Shown: positions 37,667 through 49,592, counted from the first letter of the whole stretch. The stretch is DNA of 63,419 bases, filler included, from Octopus bimaculoides (GCF_001194135.2; 6 parts of 6 records of this genome joined end to end with filler, not necessarily neighbours in it), one strand, 5' to 3'. The notes: a model not told the origin generated them from the letters alone. Numbers and translations: made by a program.

Positions 37667-37755
37667 ACCATCGCACTCATCTATTATGCCTTTATTTCTC
37701 TACAAAGAGGTTCTATAAGGTCATTTGATGTTTCAGAAATGGTAGCCAAGTCTCT
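37667..37755 (-). CDS. Candidate 5' exon carrying the start codon (ATG at 37680 or 37671)
   Basis: Acceptor gttatttttag; donor gt/gtatgt; MSAM(V) ends in phase 2, matching 34217-34292. Confidence 0.3.
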
Positions 37756-38613
37756 CTAAAAATAACTCCTTGCTATCTCGAAAATGGGAAGCACTCATTA
37801 GATAATGTAGTCTTAGATATGCCGAAACATCTTTCAATCAATCACAGGCTGGCTTAGACTAATGAATAACAACAGTAGCAACGACAACACCAATTTTGAT
37901 TTAACACAAACAACATGCATGTATAGTTTTAAAGATAGTTTATGTAAAGCAATTTGATCATTGATCACAAAGATTGAATTATAAAACTTCACCGGAAATT
38001 CGGTTATTCATTACTCAATTAAAAATACTTATGAGAAAAGAAACTGATTTCAGTTGATTCCAAATATTTCTGGTAACTTCAAATTTCAAAGTTGAAGAAG
38101 TTAATTGTTTTCAAAAGGACAGTCTTCACTGCAAAAGAATTACCACTATTCCTTTGTTATCGGTCAACTTTCTGTGGTGAAAATTACTATAAAAAAAAAA
38201 GAAGGAAAAAAGAAGTTAGTTAACTATGAGATAAAAGGTTGTCCCAATGATAACCTAATAGATTATTATTTTAAGTTTAATGAAATCATTTCAAGATAAT
38301 AATTCTGGCAGAAACGGAAAAATATATAAATGACATTATATACATATATATATATATATATANNNNNNNNNNNNNNNNNNNNNNNNNNNNNNNNNNNNNN
38401 NNNNNNTTAATTAATTAANNNNNNNNNNNNNNNNNNNNNNNNNNNNNNNNNNNNNNNNNNNNGTACCTCGTAATCATGTAGATTCAAGTTCGATCCCATT
38501 TCGCTACATTCAGATATAAACTTCTGTATTATAGTCTCGGGCTGAATTATGTTGCCCGAAATTGAAACCAGGAAACTGAAGCTAGGCAGAAGCTCGTCAG
38601 CAACAGACGTATA

Positions 38614-38647
<34 letters not shown>

Positions 38648-39189
38648 AGATAAAGGAGGGAGGGAGGAGACGAAGAGAGAGCTGGGACGCGGTGAGGGAA
38701 AGGACGAGAGGTGGGGAAGAGACGACAGATGTGGGGGAAGGGAAATTGGTCCCAGCTAATTGGCTGTCGTTTATTGATCCTTAAAGGATAACAGTTGAAT
38801 CTGATTTCAGGTGGTAGAGAACCAGAAAGAGCACCAGAACACATTATATGTCTAACGCTGTAACAATTCTGGGAATTCGCCAATGTAAAAAAAAAAAAAA
38901 TGCTTGAGGATTGAATTTTGAGAAATTGTTAATGGAGGAAACAGTTCAGATCGCCAGCAACTTTCGATGTTTCCAAATGCCTGGGGACCGCTTAACACCA
39001 ACTCACCTCTTTTTTTGTTTCGTTCCCTGTCTATATTTTCACCTCATATTCTACCAACAATTTGTAATTGTGAGCATTTGCCTGAGTAGAGATTCTCTAT
39101 CCACATAGTAAGTGTACCCATGCACATTGCATAGTAGACGTACCCCATAGTACATAGTACATTGTAGACATATTGCATATACTTTAGGA

Positions 39190-39450
39190 AAAAAGAAACA
39201 GGCTCAAATTTCCTCCCCGTGCCATAGTCTCATAAGGCAGGTGTCACAAACTCTGTAGAATTTATATTCTCCCTTTGACGGGACGTCGGTCCATCACAGG
39301 ATTACTCATTTTTGCCAGCTGAGTGGACTGGAGCAATGTCAAATAAAATGGTTTGCTCAAGAACATACTTCATCGCCCAGCCCAGAAATCGAAACCACAA
39401 CCTTTACGATCATGAGCACAACACCCTAACGACTACGCTACTCGCCTCCA
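39190..39450 (-). mobile_element. SINE family D
   Basis: cagctgagtggactggagcaatg..gaaatcgaaaccac..ctaacgactacgctactcgcctcc is the reversed core and tRNA-like head. Confidence 0.7.
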
Positions 39451-39496
39451 CCATAATAGATGCACTCCGTACAAATTGCCATAAAAAACGTTTCCA

Positions 39497-39690
39497 TAAA
39501 CATTACATAGACGTACTCCATGCATATCATATATTAGACGTACACCATACACATTGCGTAATGGACGTTCTTCATGTATGTTACATAGACGTACCCCATA
39601 CACATTATATAGTTGAGGTCCTGCATGTACATTGCAAAAAAGAAGTACACCGTACGCATTGGAGAGCAGTTGTACTCCTTATACATGTTA
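39497..39690 (+). repeat. Degenerate 27/24-bp minisatellite (tagacgtaccccatacacattgca-like)
   Basis: About seven units, with a related segment at 39105-39180. Confidence 0.65.
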
Positions 39691-39972
39691 TGCTGACGGA
39701 ACTGTCATTTTTCAAATCAGCTTCTGAACACTATTGTCTCGAGCTCTATATCTCATAGAGGCGGTTACCTGGTTTCTATCCTGTATAAGTGACCTGGATC
39801 AAAATAATCCTCCCTGAATGCAACGCCAGTCCATTGTAGGGTCACCCGTATACCGCTGAGTGAACTGGAGTAGTAAGAAGTAAAGCATTTTGCCCAAGTA
39901 TACAGCGCACCGCCCTTTCTGGGAATCGAAAGCACTATCTCGCTGTTGTGAATGTAAGGCCCTAACCACTAG

Positions 39973-40388
39973 AAATAATACATTTCTAAATCTCCCAGAG
40001 AGATTTATGCAGTAGTGATACGATGAAGTAGTTGTATGCTGTCAACTTAATGTGACAGTCCCATGAAGAGAATACTACTACTGTTGTTTAGATCTAGGAA
40101 GCTGCACTGCTTCCTGTCGGCCTTGACACATTTCCTGCGTCCTTATGTTTACAAGGGGGAGACAAGCACCTCCACCCAGCTAAGCTTGCATCCTGAGACA
40201 TGTTTCCGAGTCTTTGCTCGTCATCAGTCTGGAGTAGCATGGCCTGCTAGTCGAAGATGCCGTATAAACATAAGGACACAGGAAATGTATCAAGGCCGAC
40301 AGGAAGCAGTTCAGTTTCCTAGGTCTAACCAACAGTAGTATTATTCCCTTCAGGGGACTGTCACATTAAGTTGACAGCATACAACTAC
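39973..40388. mobile_element. Foldback element with 124-bp inverted arms, 12-bp TSD and an internal hammerhead ribozyme
   Basis: Arms 40028-40151 and 40265-40388 (9 mismatches, no gaps by eye). CCTAACCACTAG at 39961-39972 and 40388-40399. Confidence 0.85.
40187..40238 (-). ncRNA. Minimal type I hammerhead ribozyme
   Basis: Minus strand: TCCAGA-CTGATGA-CGAG-caaaga-CTCG-GAAA-C-AT-G-TC / TCAGGA. Intact core, GUC triplet (C17 at 40197), palindromic stem III ACATGT, stem I 5 of 6 pairs plus TGC/GCA extension. Confidence 0.8.
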
Positions 40389-40509
40389 CTAACCACTAGG
40401 TTATGCGCTTTCATGAGCGACTCAAAAGTTCTAGCATGTTACCGAGTCGGGTTTTCTTTCTATTAATTGTTCTGCTGCGAGCTACAAAGGATCCAAATGG
40501 AAAGAAATT

Positions 40510-40800
40510 CGTGCCAATGCAAAACAACTGGATATTTTTCGGTGTAAGATGACGTCAGATCAACCTCCAATCAGAGCCAGAAACAGCAGCAATACCAACT
40601 TGCATTCATTCCACCAGTAACAATACGAAGCATTAACACGATAGACACAGCAGCTCTCAGTTCCGGTGTCTCAAGATGGGCCACACAAAAAATACCGATG
40701 ATGACGCTCCAGTATGGCCACAATACCCTGGTTGCTGAAGACAGTAAAAGAAAAGTCAATTTCTTGAGTGGACGTCGTCACTTCCGATGTTTCGCATTGG
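40510..40800. promoter_or_regulatory. Candidate cis-regulatory cluster (CRE, CCAAT boxes, ETS-CRE composite)
   Basis: CCAAT 40514-18 and 40567-71; TGACGTCA 40550-57; CGGAAGTGACG on the minus strand 40786-40776; ATTGG 40796-800. Repeat-free and CpG-retaining. Confidence 0.35.
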
Positions 40801-41057
40801 TTTATTTACCAAATTTTTTTTTAATGAAGAACAACAAAGAGTCTCACTTGTAATTAATATTCAAGTTGAACTCAATTAACAAATAATATTGGTAATAAAC
40901 AAATGGTATTGCTAATTAGGCGAAATGAAAATAAAAGTCTAAAGAGGAAAATACCAACAGCCATGAAATGAAAGTGAATATGTTTTAGAGTGTTATAGCG
41001 TCATCATCGTCATCTTTGTATCACCGTCATCGTCGTGGCCATTATTGCCACTATCGC

Positions 41058-41088
<31 letters not shown>

Positions 41089-42053
41089 GTCATCATCGTC
41101 ATCATCGTCATCATCGTCGTCGTCAGCATCGTCATCGTCGCCTTTGCGCCATTATCATCAACGTCACTTTTACTCTCCTAGGGAAAGGGTGGGAGAGAAA
41201 AATAGAAGGATGAAGGACAAGAGAGAGAGAGAGAGATAGACAGGGAAGTGATAGTAATAGTAGGAGAGTGCGCCACCGTTCCCCCCCCCCTCTCTCTCTC
41301 TCTCTCAAGATGATAGAAAAATTATTATGAACGCTAAGTAGAAGTGCCATGAAGAGACCGCGAAAACACGTCTGTTCTTCAGGAAGACCAGTGGGCAGAA
41401 AGAAAGAACCCCTTTCGTCACGTGTCAGTGACGAGAGAGTCGAGGGTAAGAGGAGGAGTGGGTTTCTAAGAATAAGGGAGAGAGAGGGTAGGAGAAACTT
41501 TGAACCATAGTAAATTGTTGTAAACCGGTCTTTTGCCACTGTCTTTTGACGACGGTTGTCGCTGACAGATTTTGTCGTATTCCGAAGTCGTCGATAGAAT
41601 GGTTCTATCTGGCACTGTACGACTCCAGTGCTATTATCCTCAAACGATTGAAACGATATAACGTCCACACAGTCTACACGTACTCTCGACCTTCCGATTT
41701 TCCTGACCTTTCTTCTGTCGTCCGGCTACTGGTCCATTTATAATGGCTGGTACTACCACTTTTTACCGGGAAGGGTGTACAGTTTCAAAATACAACATAA
41801 ACGTAATTTATCGTTGCTAAAATCCAGATTGAGTAAATAAGAGAGAGGGTAAGAGATCGTTGTATTCACAAACACCATCATTAGGAGACAAATTTGAACT
41901 TAGAGTTCATCATAAACAGCGGAAAAGGGTTGCGGACAGAGAATGAGAAATTCGTATTTCGGGAGAAATGTGGTTTACATGTAAAAAGTTATGCCAATTA
42001 AAGTACCTAAAATAAACATTTCACTTTATTTTCATTATTAATTGGAACCACAG

Positions 42054-42115
42054 GATATGCAAGACCCCACTTCAATCAAAAGATGGCAGAAGTTGTGGTT
42101 TTGGAGAAAGAGCAA
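42054..42115 (+). CDS. Candidate exon with a good-Kozak ATG at 42083 (MAEVVVLEKEQ)
   Basis: Acceptor ..ttcattattaattggaaccacag; donor caa/gtaaga; aagATGg context; all three frames open. Confidence 0.3.
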
Positions 42116-42393
42116 GTAAGATTCCATCATTCAAGATAATTGGGGGAATGTATCTCTCGAAGAGTTTTCACATTGGAAGAATGAATGGTTTCGCAATGAA
42201 GAACGGAGATGAGATTCTGTACAACCATCTCACCGACCAGGTTGAAATAATCTCAAACATTTGAATCAGGAAAAAAACATGCATATATTCTGTGTATCTG
42301 TGTTGCGCGCGCGTGTAAGTATATATATATAAAAATACATACATACATATATATATGTAATGTATGTATGTATTCATGCATGTATATATGTAC

Positions 42394-42454
<61 letters not shown>

Positions 42455-43164
42455 CATACAAATATACATTCCACAAGCATGTCTTCACAGAGAACATTTA
42501 AAACACTTGAATACATAGAATTGCAAACGTGTTAACACAGCAAGACATTGTCAAATACACATACATACACACACACATATGTGTTTATGCATATTCACGC
42601 ACGCACACACTGGGAGTACAGCATTCAGTCTTTGAGATTTTAGTTGAAGTTCTGCCACTAGCAGTAACATAGATCCCATAACATATTTTTCTGTTGCTAT
42701 TTCCTCCAGATGGTAAAGACATTGTCAAACAGCGGTAAAAATGTTTTTTATTTTATTTTATTTTATTATATTCATTCTCTCACAATTTATCCTACACATT
42801 TTTGTTAATCTGAGATCATACACACACACTAACACACACACATACACACACACACGCATGCATACACACTCGCACGCACGCACATACACACAAACGTGTA
42901 ATCAGTCTCATTGAGACCCACTACCCGATGGTATAGACATGTATGTATATGTCTCTCGAACCATATATACATACATACACACACACACACACACATATTT
43001 GTGTGTATGTATATGTACTTATATATATATATATATATATGTGTATATATATATATACTTATATATATATATATATGTATATATGTATATATATATATAA
43101 GCATATATATATATAAGCATATATANNNNNNNNNNATGTATATATGTATATATATATATAAGCA

Positions 43165-43202
<38 letters not shown>

Positions 43203-43989
43203 AGCATATATATATATATATATATAAGCATATATATATATTTATGCATGTATGTATATATACATATACGTATATATATATATTTATTTATTTATTAATG
43301 CATATAAAAATATTTAATTTTTTAATGCACAATTACACATTCGCCCCTGTATATATAACATGTGGAGTGTGAGTGTGTGTGTATGTGTGTGTGCGTGTGC
43401 ATGTGTGTGTGTGTGAGTGTGTGTGCGTGTGCGTGTGCGTGTGCGTGTGCGTGTGCGTGTGCGTGTGCGTGTGTGTGTGCATGATGTAGCAAAACTGAAT
43501 AAAAAAATTTCGCGACATAAATGTATTAAAATACACACCTCTGTCTGTCTCACCCACACTCATGTGCACACACATGCGAACACACGTGTGTGTGTATGCC
43601 CCCCCCCACTCTGTCTCTCTTTCTCTCTCTTCATCTACCTATCTATCTCTGTATGTATTTGTGTGTGTGTGTGTGTGTGTGTGTGTGAGTGTATGCGTGT
43701 GTTGTGTTTGTGTGCACACGCACACATATATACATATGTGTGTATCTATGTGTGTGTGTATATATAATATAATATAATATATATGTAGAGAGAGAGAGAG
43801 GGGGGAGGGGGAATGAAAGGGAGGCAGAGCGAGAGAGAAAATCAGACAGACAGACAGATACAGAGAGCAGCAGAGACGGACACATACACACGTATATAAC
43901 ACTGGGTGGTGTTGCGACTGTACGTTCAAATGATTCAATTACCAACGCATGTCTGTCTCTCTATCTATCTATCTATCTACCTATCCCAT

Positions 43990-44171
43990 CAGTAAGTTGA
44001 TGGGAGGAAGTAAGTCGAATTCATTGTTCCCAGTGCGTAACTGGTACTTATTTTATCGACTCCGAAATGGATGAAGGCCAAAGTCGACTTAATTTCAATT
44101 CAGAACGTAAAGACAGATAGAATGCCGCTAAGTACTTTTGCCGGTGTTCCAACGATTCTGCCGACCCGTCA

Positions 44172-44172
<1 letters not shown>
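43990..44172 (-). mobile_element. SINE B
   Basis: Reversed core (aaagtcgac..cagaacgtaa) and head (ccaacgattctgccgacccg). Confidence 0.7.
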
Positions 44173-44220
<48 letters not shown>

Positions 44221-44964
44221 TGGTATATAAATATATATATACTCACATATATATTACGAGTATAAAAATACATCCTGAATGAACAGTCACTTAAAAGCAT
44301 TACGAAGTTGCATATTGAGATGATTACACAATTATATAATATAGATCTTTGTTCATAGATATAAATATGTGGACACATGATACCTTCATCAGCGGAACTG
44401 CAAAACGGAGTTGCTTTCTGCATTGAGGTATTTATAAATATCAAAACCATCGTATGACCCTCTTTCCGGTGCCATTTATGTAGGCATCACGTGTTTTAAT
44501 ATTTCCAGAAATCTCTGATTACTAGAAACATGACCATATATGATATTTTATGCAGTTATTTCAATACGCAACTTTATTTTGTTTTCAAGTGCCTCTTCCT
44601 TTTAGCTGTATTTCATATAACGTTATATTATTGCTCTAAATCTGACTTTCTTTCATTGAGCTCTGTTAAATTATGGAGGTTTAAGAAAGCGACTCTTAGC
44701 TATGAATCCAACAACTATTTTTATTTATGCGCCATTTTAACGCCCAACCAGGTTCATGGTCCCGGCTTTAAAAGGGCGCATTTATTTTTTATTATATATA
44801 TATATACAGCACTGTGTATCATATATGGATCTCACAGGAGGCACCTCCTCTGTTGAATGATGATATCTTTAATCAAAACTTCAACAGTTTTATTATCCGC
44901 CATTTTTATCATTTGACTGCAAAAATGAAGTCTTTTTCTTACTGTATGGTCTTCATTTACCAAG

Positions 44965-45078
44965 AACGTGCACCAGTTGAAAATATAGAATTATACCCTT
45001 TACATGCAAAGCTAAGAGATGTCTTTAAATTATGTGGATATTCTCAAATGGTTGAAGTCTTTCCACTCGCTATATTAT
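44965..45078 (+). CDS. Candidate symmetric exon, weakly STAS-like
   Basis: Acceptor cttcatttaccaag; 114 nt; phase 1 to 1; RAPVENIELYPLHAKLRDVFKLCGYSQMVEVFPLAIL; donor gtgagg. Confidence 0.25.
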
Positions 45079-45102
45079 GTGAGGTCCTGCACTCATTCCC
45101 TA

Positions 45103-45143
<41 letters not shown>

Positions 45144-45546
45144 AACTAAATTGACAGTGATTTCAGGCTGCCTTTGTGGTGACTTACCCAATTAGTAATT
45201 CGAACGTTTAATATTAAAAACTTCCAAATTTTGACACAAGTTACACAAGGGGTTTCGTCGGTTATAATAATATTAATAACACTGTATTTTAAGAAAGGAA
45301 TGCAAAGTTAAACCTCGACAGAATTTGAAACCAGAATCTAACTCGCTGGAAGAAATACAGCTCAGCGTTTTATCCGGTGTGCTAACGATTCTGCCAGCTC
45401 AACCCTTTAGATCTTACCATGTGTATTAAATGCATCACGAATTCNNNNNNNNNNNNNNNNNNNNNNNNNNNNNNNNNNNNNNNNNNNNNNNNNNNNNNNN
45501 NNNNNNNNNNNNNNNNNNNNNNNNNNNNNNNNNNNNNNNNNNNNNN

Positions 45547-45609
<63 letters not shown>

Positions 45610-46026
45610 ATTATGGGAATGTGGGTGTGGGTGCGTGTGCGCGCGTGTGTGTATCAAACTTCTACAAACACACCATTAATATGAAAATAATCCCATGCAT
45701 TAAGTAATAAAGTGTTTTTGATAAGTGTGTGAGCCATAGCAATGATTATTTAACCTCTGTCAGTAATTCCACATCTGATGTAATAACAGTTTAACAGTGT
45801 AATGGTTTAACAGAATAAACTGCAGAATAGCAGAATGACGAATATAGTTCTATGCTTGGTTTGTTCACTTCCTTTAGTTTTCGTTTTCAACTGAGATTAA
45901 CCGTTTCAGATTACAAAATATCTCAGAAGATTTATGATTAAAGTTTGATGTGACATGTGAGAGGGGTTATTCTCACTATCGCACTATTACTGCAGTATAT
46001 AACAGTATATATATATATATGTATAT

Positions 46027-46063
<37 letters not shown>

Positions 46064-46315
46064 NNNNNNNNNNNNNNNNNNNNNNNNNNNNNNNNNNNNN
46101 NNNNNNNNNNNNNNNNNNNNNNNNNNNNNNNNNNNNNNNNNNNNNNNNNNNNNNNNNNNNNNNNNNNNNNNNNNNNNNNNNNNNNNNNNNNNNNNNNNNN
46201 NNNNNNNNNNNNNNNNNNNNNNNNNNNNNNNNNNNNNNNNNNNNNNNNNNNNNNNNNNNNNNNNNNNNNNNNNNNNNNNNNNNNNNNNNNNNNNNNNNNN
46301 NNNNNNNNNNNNNNN

Positions 46316-46860
46316 TTTGAACAAAGGAAATTTTCTCCTAAATTTCTACTGGAAGTTTTTTAAAACGTCGTAGAAATGCAAAAAAAAAAAAAACAGTTCA
46401 GAAATGAGTTTGAAAAAATTATACCTACGCGATTTTCTACCATTTGAATTAGCAAAACGAAATTGTTCAGATTCTCCACAAGAAACGTTCTGAAAGGGCG
46501 CAGGCATCGACGAATGTACTTAGAAGCGTTTTGTCAGAATTAAAAAGCGCTATCATTGGAAAGGTTTCATTCAAAGGATTGTCAATGCTCTAAATGAAGA
46601 TGATCCAGAGCGAAGAAGGGAGTTTGTGAGTGGTCTTAGGCAAGATGTGCAGAAGATGCACAGTTGCCAACATAGAGTGTGTGGAGTTATGAGGAGACAT
46701 TAAATTTAAGGGGACCTATTACTCGCCACAATTACAATTCCGAGGAAACTGAGAATCAGCGTTTTATTTTGGAGCATCATGTTAGTTTACCAGGAGTTAC
46801 ATCATGGCGCAGCTTACCAAAAGAATTAACTAGACCATTCTTTTTGGACAGTACTGCATC
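46316..46860 (+). pseudogene. Decayed Tc1/mariner-superfamily transposase (DUF4817-type N-terminus)
   Basis: FEQRKF..NVVEMQ..QFRNEFEK..PTR; IVNALNEDDPERRREF; VWSYEETLNLRGPITRHNY; EHHVSLPGVTSW..L..PFFLD. Frameshifted. Confidence 0.75.
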
Positions 46861-46948
46861 GTCTGGCCTCATTAATGTGAATTTGGTGCAATAATTTGTT
46901 GTGCAAGAAATTCAAGAGAACTTTAAAAGCATGGAGTTTGCTTCCAGT

Positions 46949-46983
<35 letters not shown>

Positions 46984-47706
46984 CTATGCAAGACTTTTCT
47001 CAGGTTTAAAATGTGACATTGTTTTCGTTATCTACATTCCAAAGATGGAGGTTTGTATCTTTGTTAGAAACCAGTTCCGTCTTCAGAGAAAGAATTTAGT
47101 TCATTAAATACAGAGACATGCATGCACACATGCATACACACATACATACATACATACATACATACATAGACGGTATAACTGTTCGAGCCGTGCTATGGCT
47201 GTACGCTTGCCCGGAATAGTGTGCCACCGGATATATTTAGATAATTTGCTACTTTCCTTTTACTCTAGAATAGAATTATGAGGGTGACATGACTCCTGTT
47301 TCTCACACGTACAGTACCCTTTGTTGTCAAGTTGACTATGAGGAAGTCTGCCCGAAATATAAGGCTTGCCTAAACAAAGATATCTTTTGTAAATTTAGTT
47401 ACTTCAATTGCTAATTTAATTAAGTTATAGAGTACGTTCAATGATCATGAAGTAATCATTTCATTCATTAAGCAAAAATTATTATCTATTAATATTTTTG
47501 TTAACGCCATTAATAAATAAAATTTACTATTATGACATTATTATTGTTATTACTATTGTTGTTGTCATTTTTGTTGTTGTTCTTGTTATTATTGATATTA
47601 TTATTATTATCAAATTGCTTATAACAACGTTTAATCAAATAATTGATATTGTTGTTATTCTAATCGTCATAATCTTCGTCGTCCCTTCTACCATTTCATC
47701 ATCATC

Positions 47707-47743
<37 letters not shown>

Positions 47744-48729
47744 ACATCGTGAATAACACCGCCCACTTAATCTTTATCTTTTATGAAGAAAACTCAATCA
47801 AAACCTAAATCTTTCCATGTAACAAGTTCATTCGGTGATGGTTGTTGGCACTTTGTGGGCCAGTCACCCTACACACATACGTACATACATACATACAAAT
47901 AGAAACGCGCACACACACAGACACACAGATATTTTTGCATATACATTCATGGACATATATATATGTATGCAGATATAGATTGTGTGTGTACATGCACATA
48001 CGTATGCACATACATACACAAATACACATACGCACAGAGATATTGGTAGTCATACATATATGTGTATACACGTGCATACAAAATTACATGCATACACGTC
48101 CATATATACAGACGCACATGCTCACATATACACTTATATACATACATATATATAACATATTTGTGTATANNNNNNNNNNNNNNNNNNNNNNNNNNNNNNN
48201 NNNNNNNNNNNNNNNNNNNNNNNNNNNNNNNNNNNNNNNNNNNNNNNNNNNNNNNNNNNNNNNNNNNNNNNNNNNNNNNNNNNNNNNNNNNNNNNNNNNN
48301 NNNNNNNNNNNNNNNNNNNNNNNNNNNNNNNNNNNNNNNNNNNNNNNNNNNNNNNNNNNNNNNNNNNNNNNNNNNNNNNNNNNNNNNNNNNNNNNNNNNN
48401 NNNNNNNNNNNNNNNNNNNNNNNNNNNNNNNNNNNNNNNNNNNNNNNNNNNNNNNNNNNNNNNNNNNNNNNNNNNNNNNNNNNNNNNNNNNNNNNNNNNN
48501 NNNNNNNNNNNNNNNNNNNNNNNNNNNNNNNNNNNNNNNNNNNNNNNNNNNNNNNNNNNNNNNNNNNNNNNNNNNNNNNNNNNNNNNNNNNNNNNNNNNN
48601 NNNNNNNNNNNNNNNNNNNNNNNNNNNNNNNNNNNNNNNNNNNNNNNNNNNNNNNNTATATATATATATTGATGTTTACATACATACATGTATATATGCA
48701 TGTATGTATACATACATATATATATATAT

Positions 48730-48789
<60 letters not shown>

Positions 48790-49122
48790 GTATGTAGACA
48801 TAGATACAACCACATGTGTGTATGTATGCGTGTATTTGAAAGTTTTAATGTAGGCAAATTATGCTAAAAAAATGTTTCACACACACACACAAACGTACAC
48901 ACACACACTCACACACACAGAGAAATAGATAAGGGTATACAGTGTGTGTATCCGTACACAAAACCTGGTATTTGGTGTATCTTATCAATCTACGTTTTGC
49001 TGTTTTTGTTGTTGTTGTTGTTGCAATTATTAAAGAAATATTCAGATATGATTCTTCCCTCATATATTCATTGAACATCCAGATAATCCTACGCCTCTAT
49101 GTGCATACATACGCACATACAC

Positions 49123-49214
<92 letters not shown>

Positions 49215-49456
49215 TTATGCTTATATGTACGGGTGTATATAAGTATGTATGTACTATACGTGTATAGACAAGTACAGTGGTACACGCCTTAATTATACTT
49301 GCTCACTAGACGTGAATTAATCCGATAAATGAAACTGCATTCGACAATTCTGCATTACTGTTGTATATCATTATTAACATTACTGTATTAATACAGTTAT
49401 TATTATTATCATCAATACTATTATAATTTTATTATCATCATCATCGTTATTATTAC

Positions 49457-49489
<33 letters not shown>

Positions 49490-49495
49490 GATTAA

Positions 49496-49592
49496 GGCGG
49501 CGAGCTGGTAGAATCGTTAGCACGCCGGGCGAAATGCTTAGCGGTATTTCGTCTGCCGTTACGTTCTGAGTTCAAATTCCGCCGAGGTCGAC
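49496..49592 (+). mobile_element. SINE B head, 3' truncated
   Basis: ggcggcgagctggtagaatcgttagc..gagttcaaattccgccgaggtcgac. Confidence 0.85.

Larger units (their letters stand above)
39755..40412 (-). mobile_element. SINE D copy split by the foldback insertion
   Basis: The head reads continuously across the insertion: gggaatcgaaagcac..gccctaaccactag / gttatgcgctttc. Confidence 0.65.

Noticed and set aside
38740-38765. Two ATTGG boxes as the promoter of the minus-strand candidate gene
   Set aside because: They are separated from that gene by an artificial scaffold join at 38363-38462.
39961-40027. Helitron-like 3' end (hairpin then CTAG/T on the minus strand)
   Set aside because: The CTAG belongs to a 12-bp target duplication, which Helitrons do not make, and there is no 5' TC.
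44370-44395. CTGATGAAGGTA on the minus strand as a hammerhead
   Set aside because: No GAAA or stem III follows.
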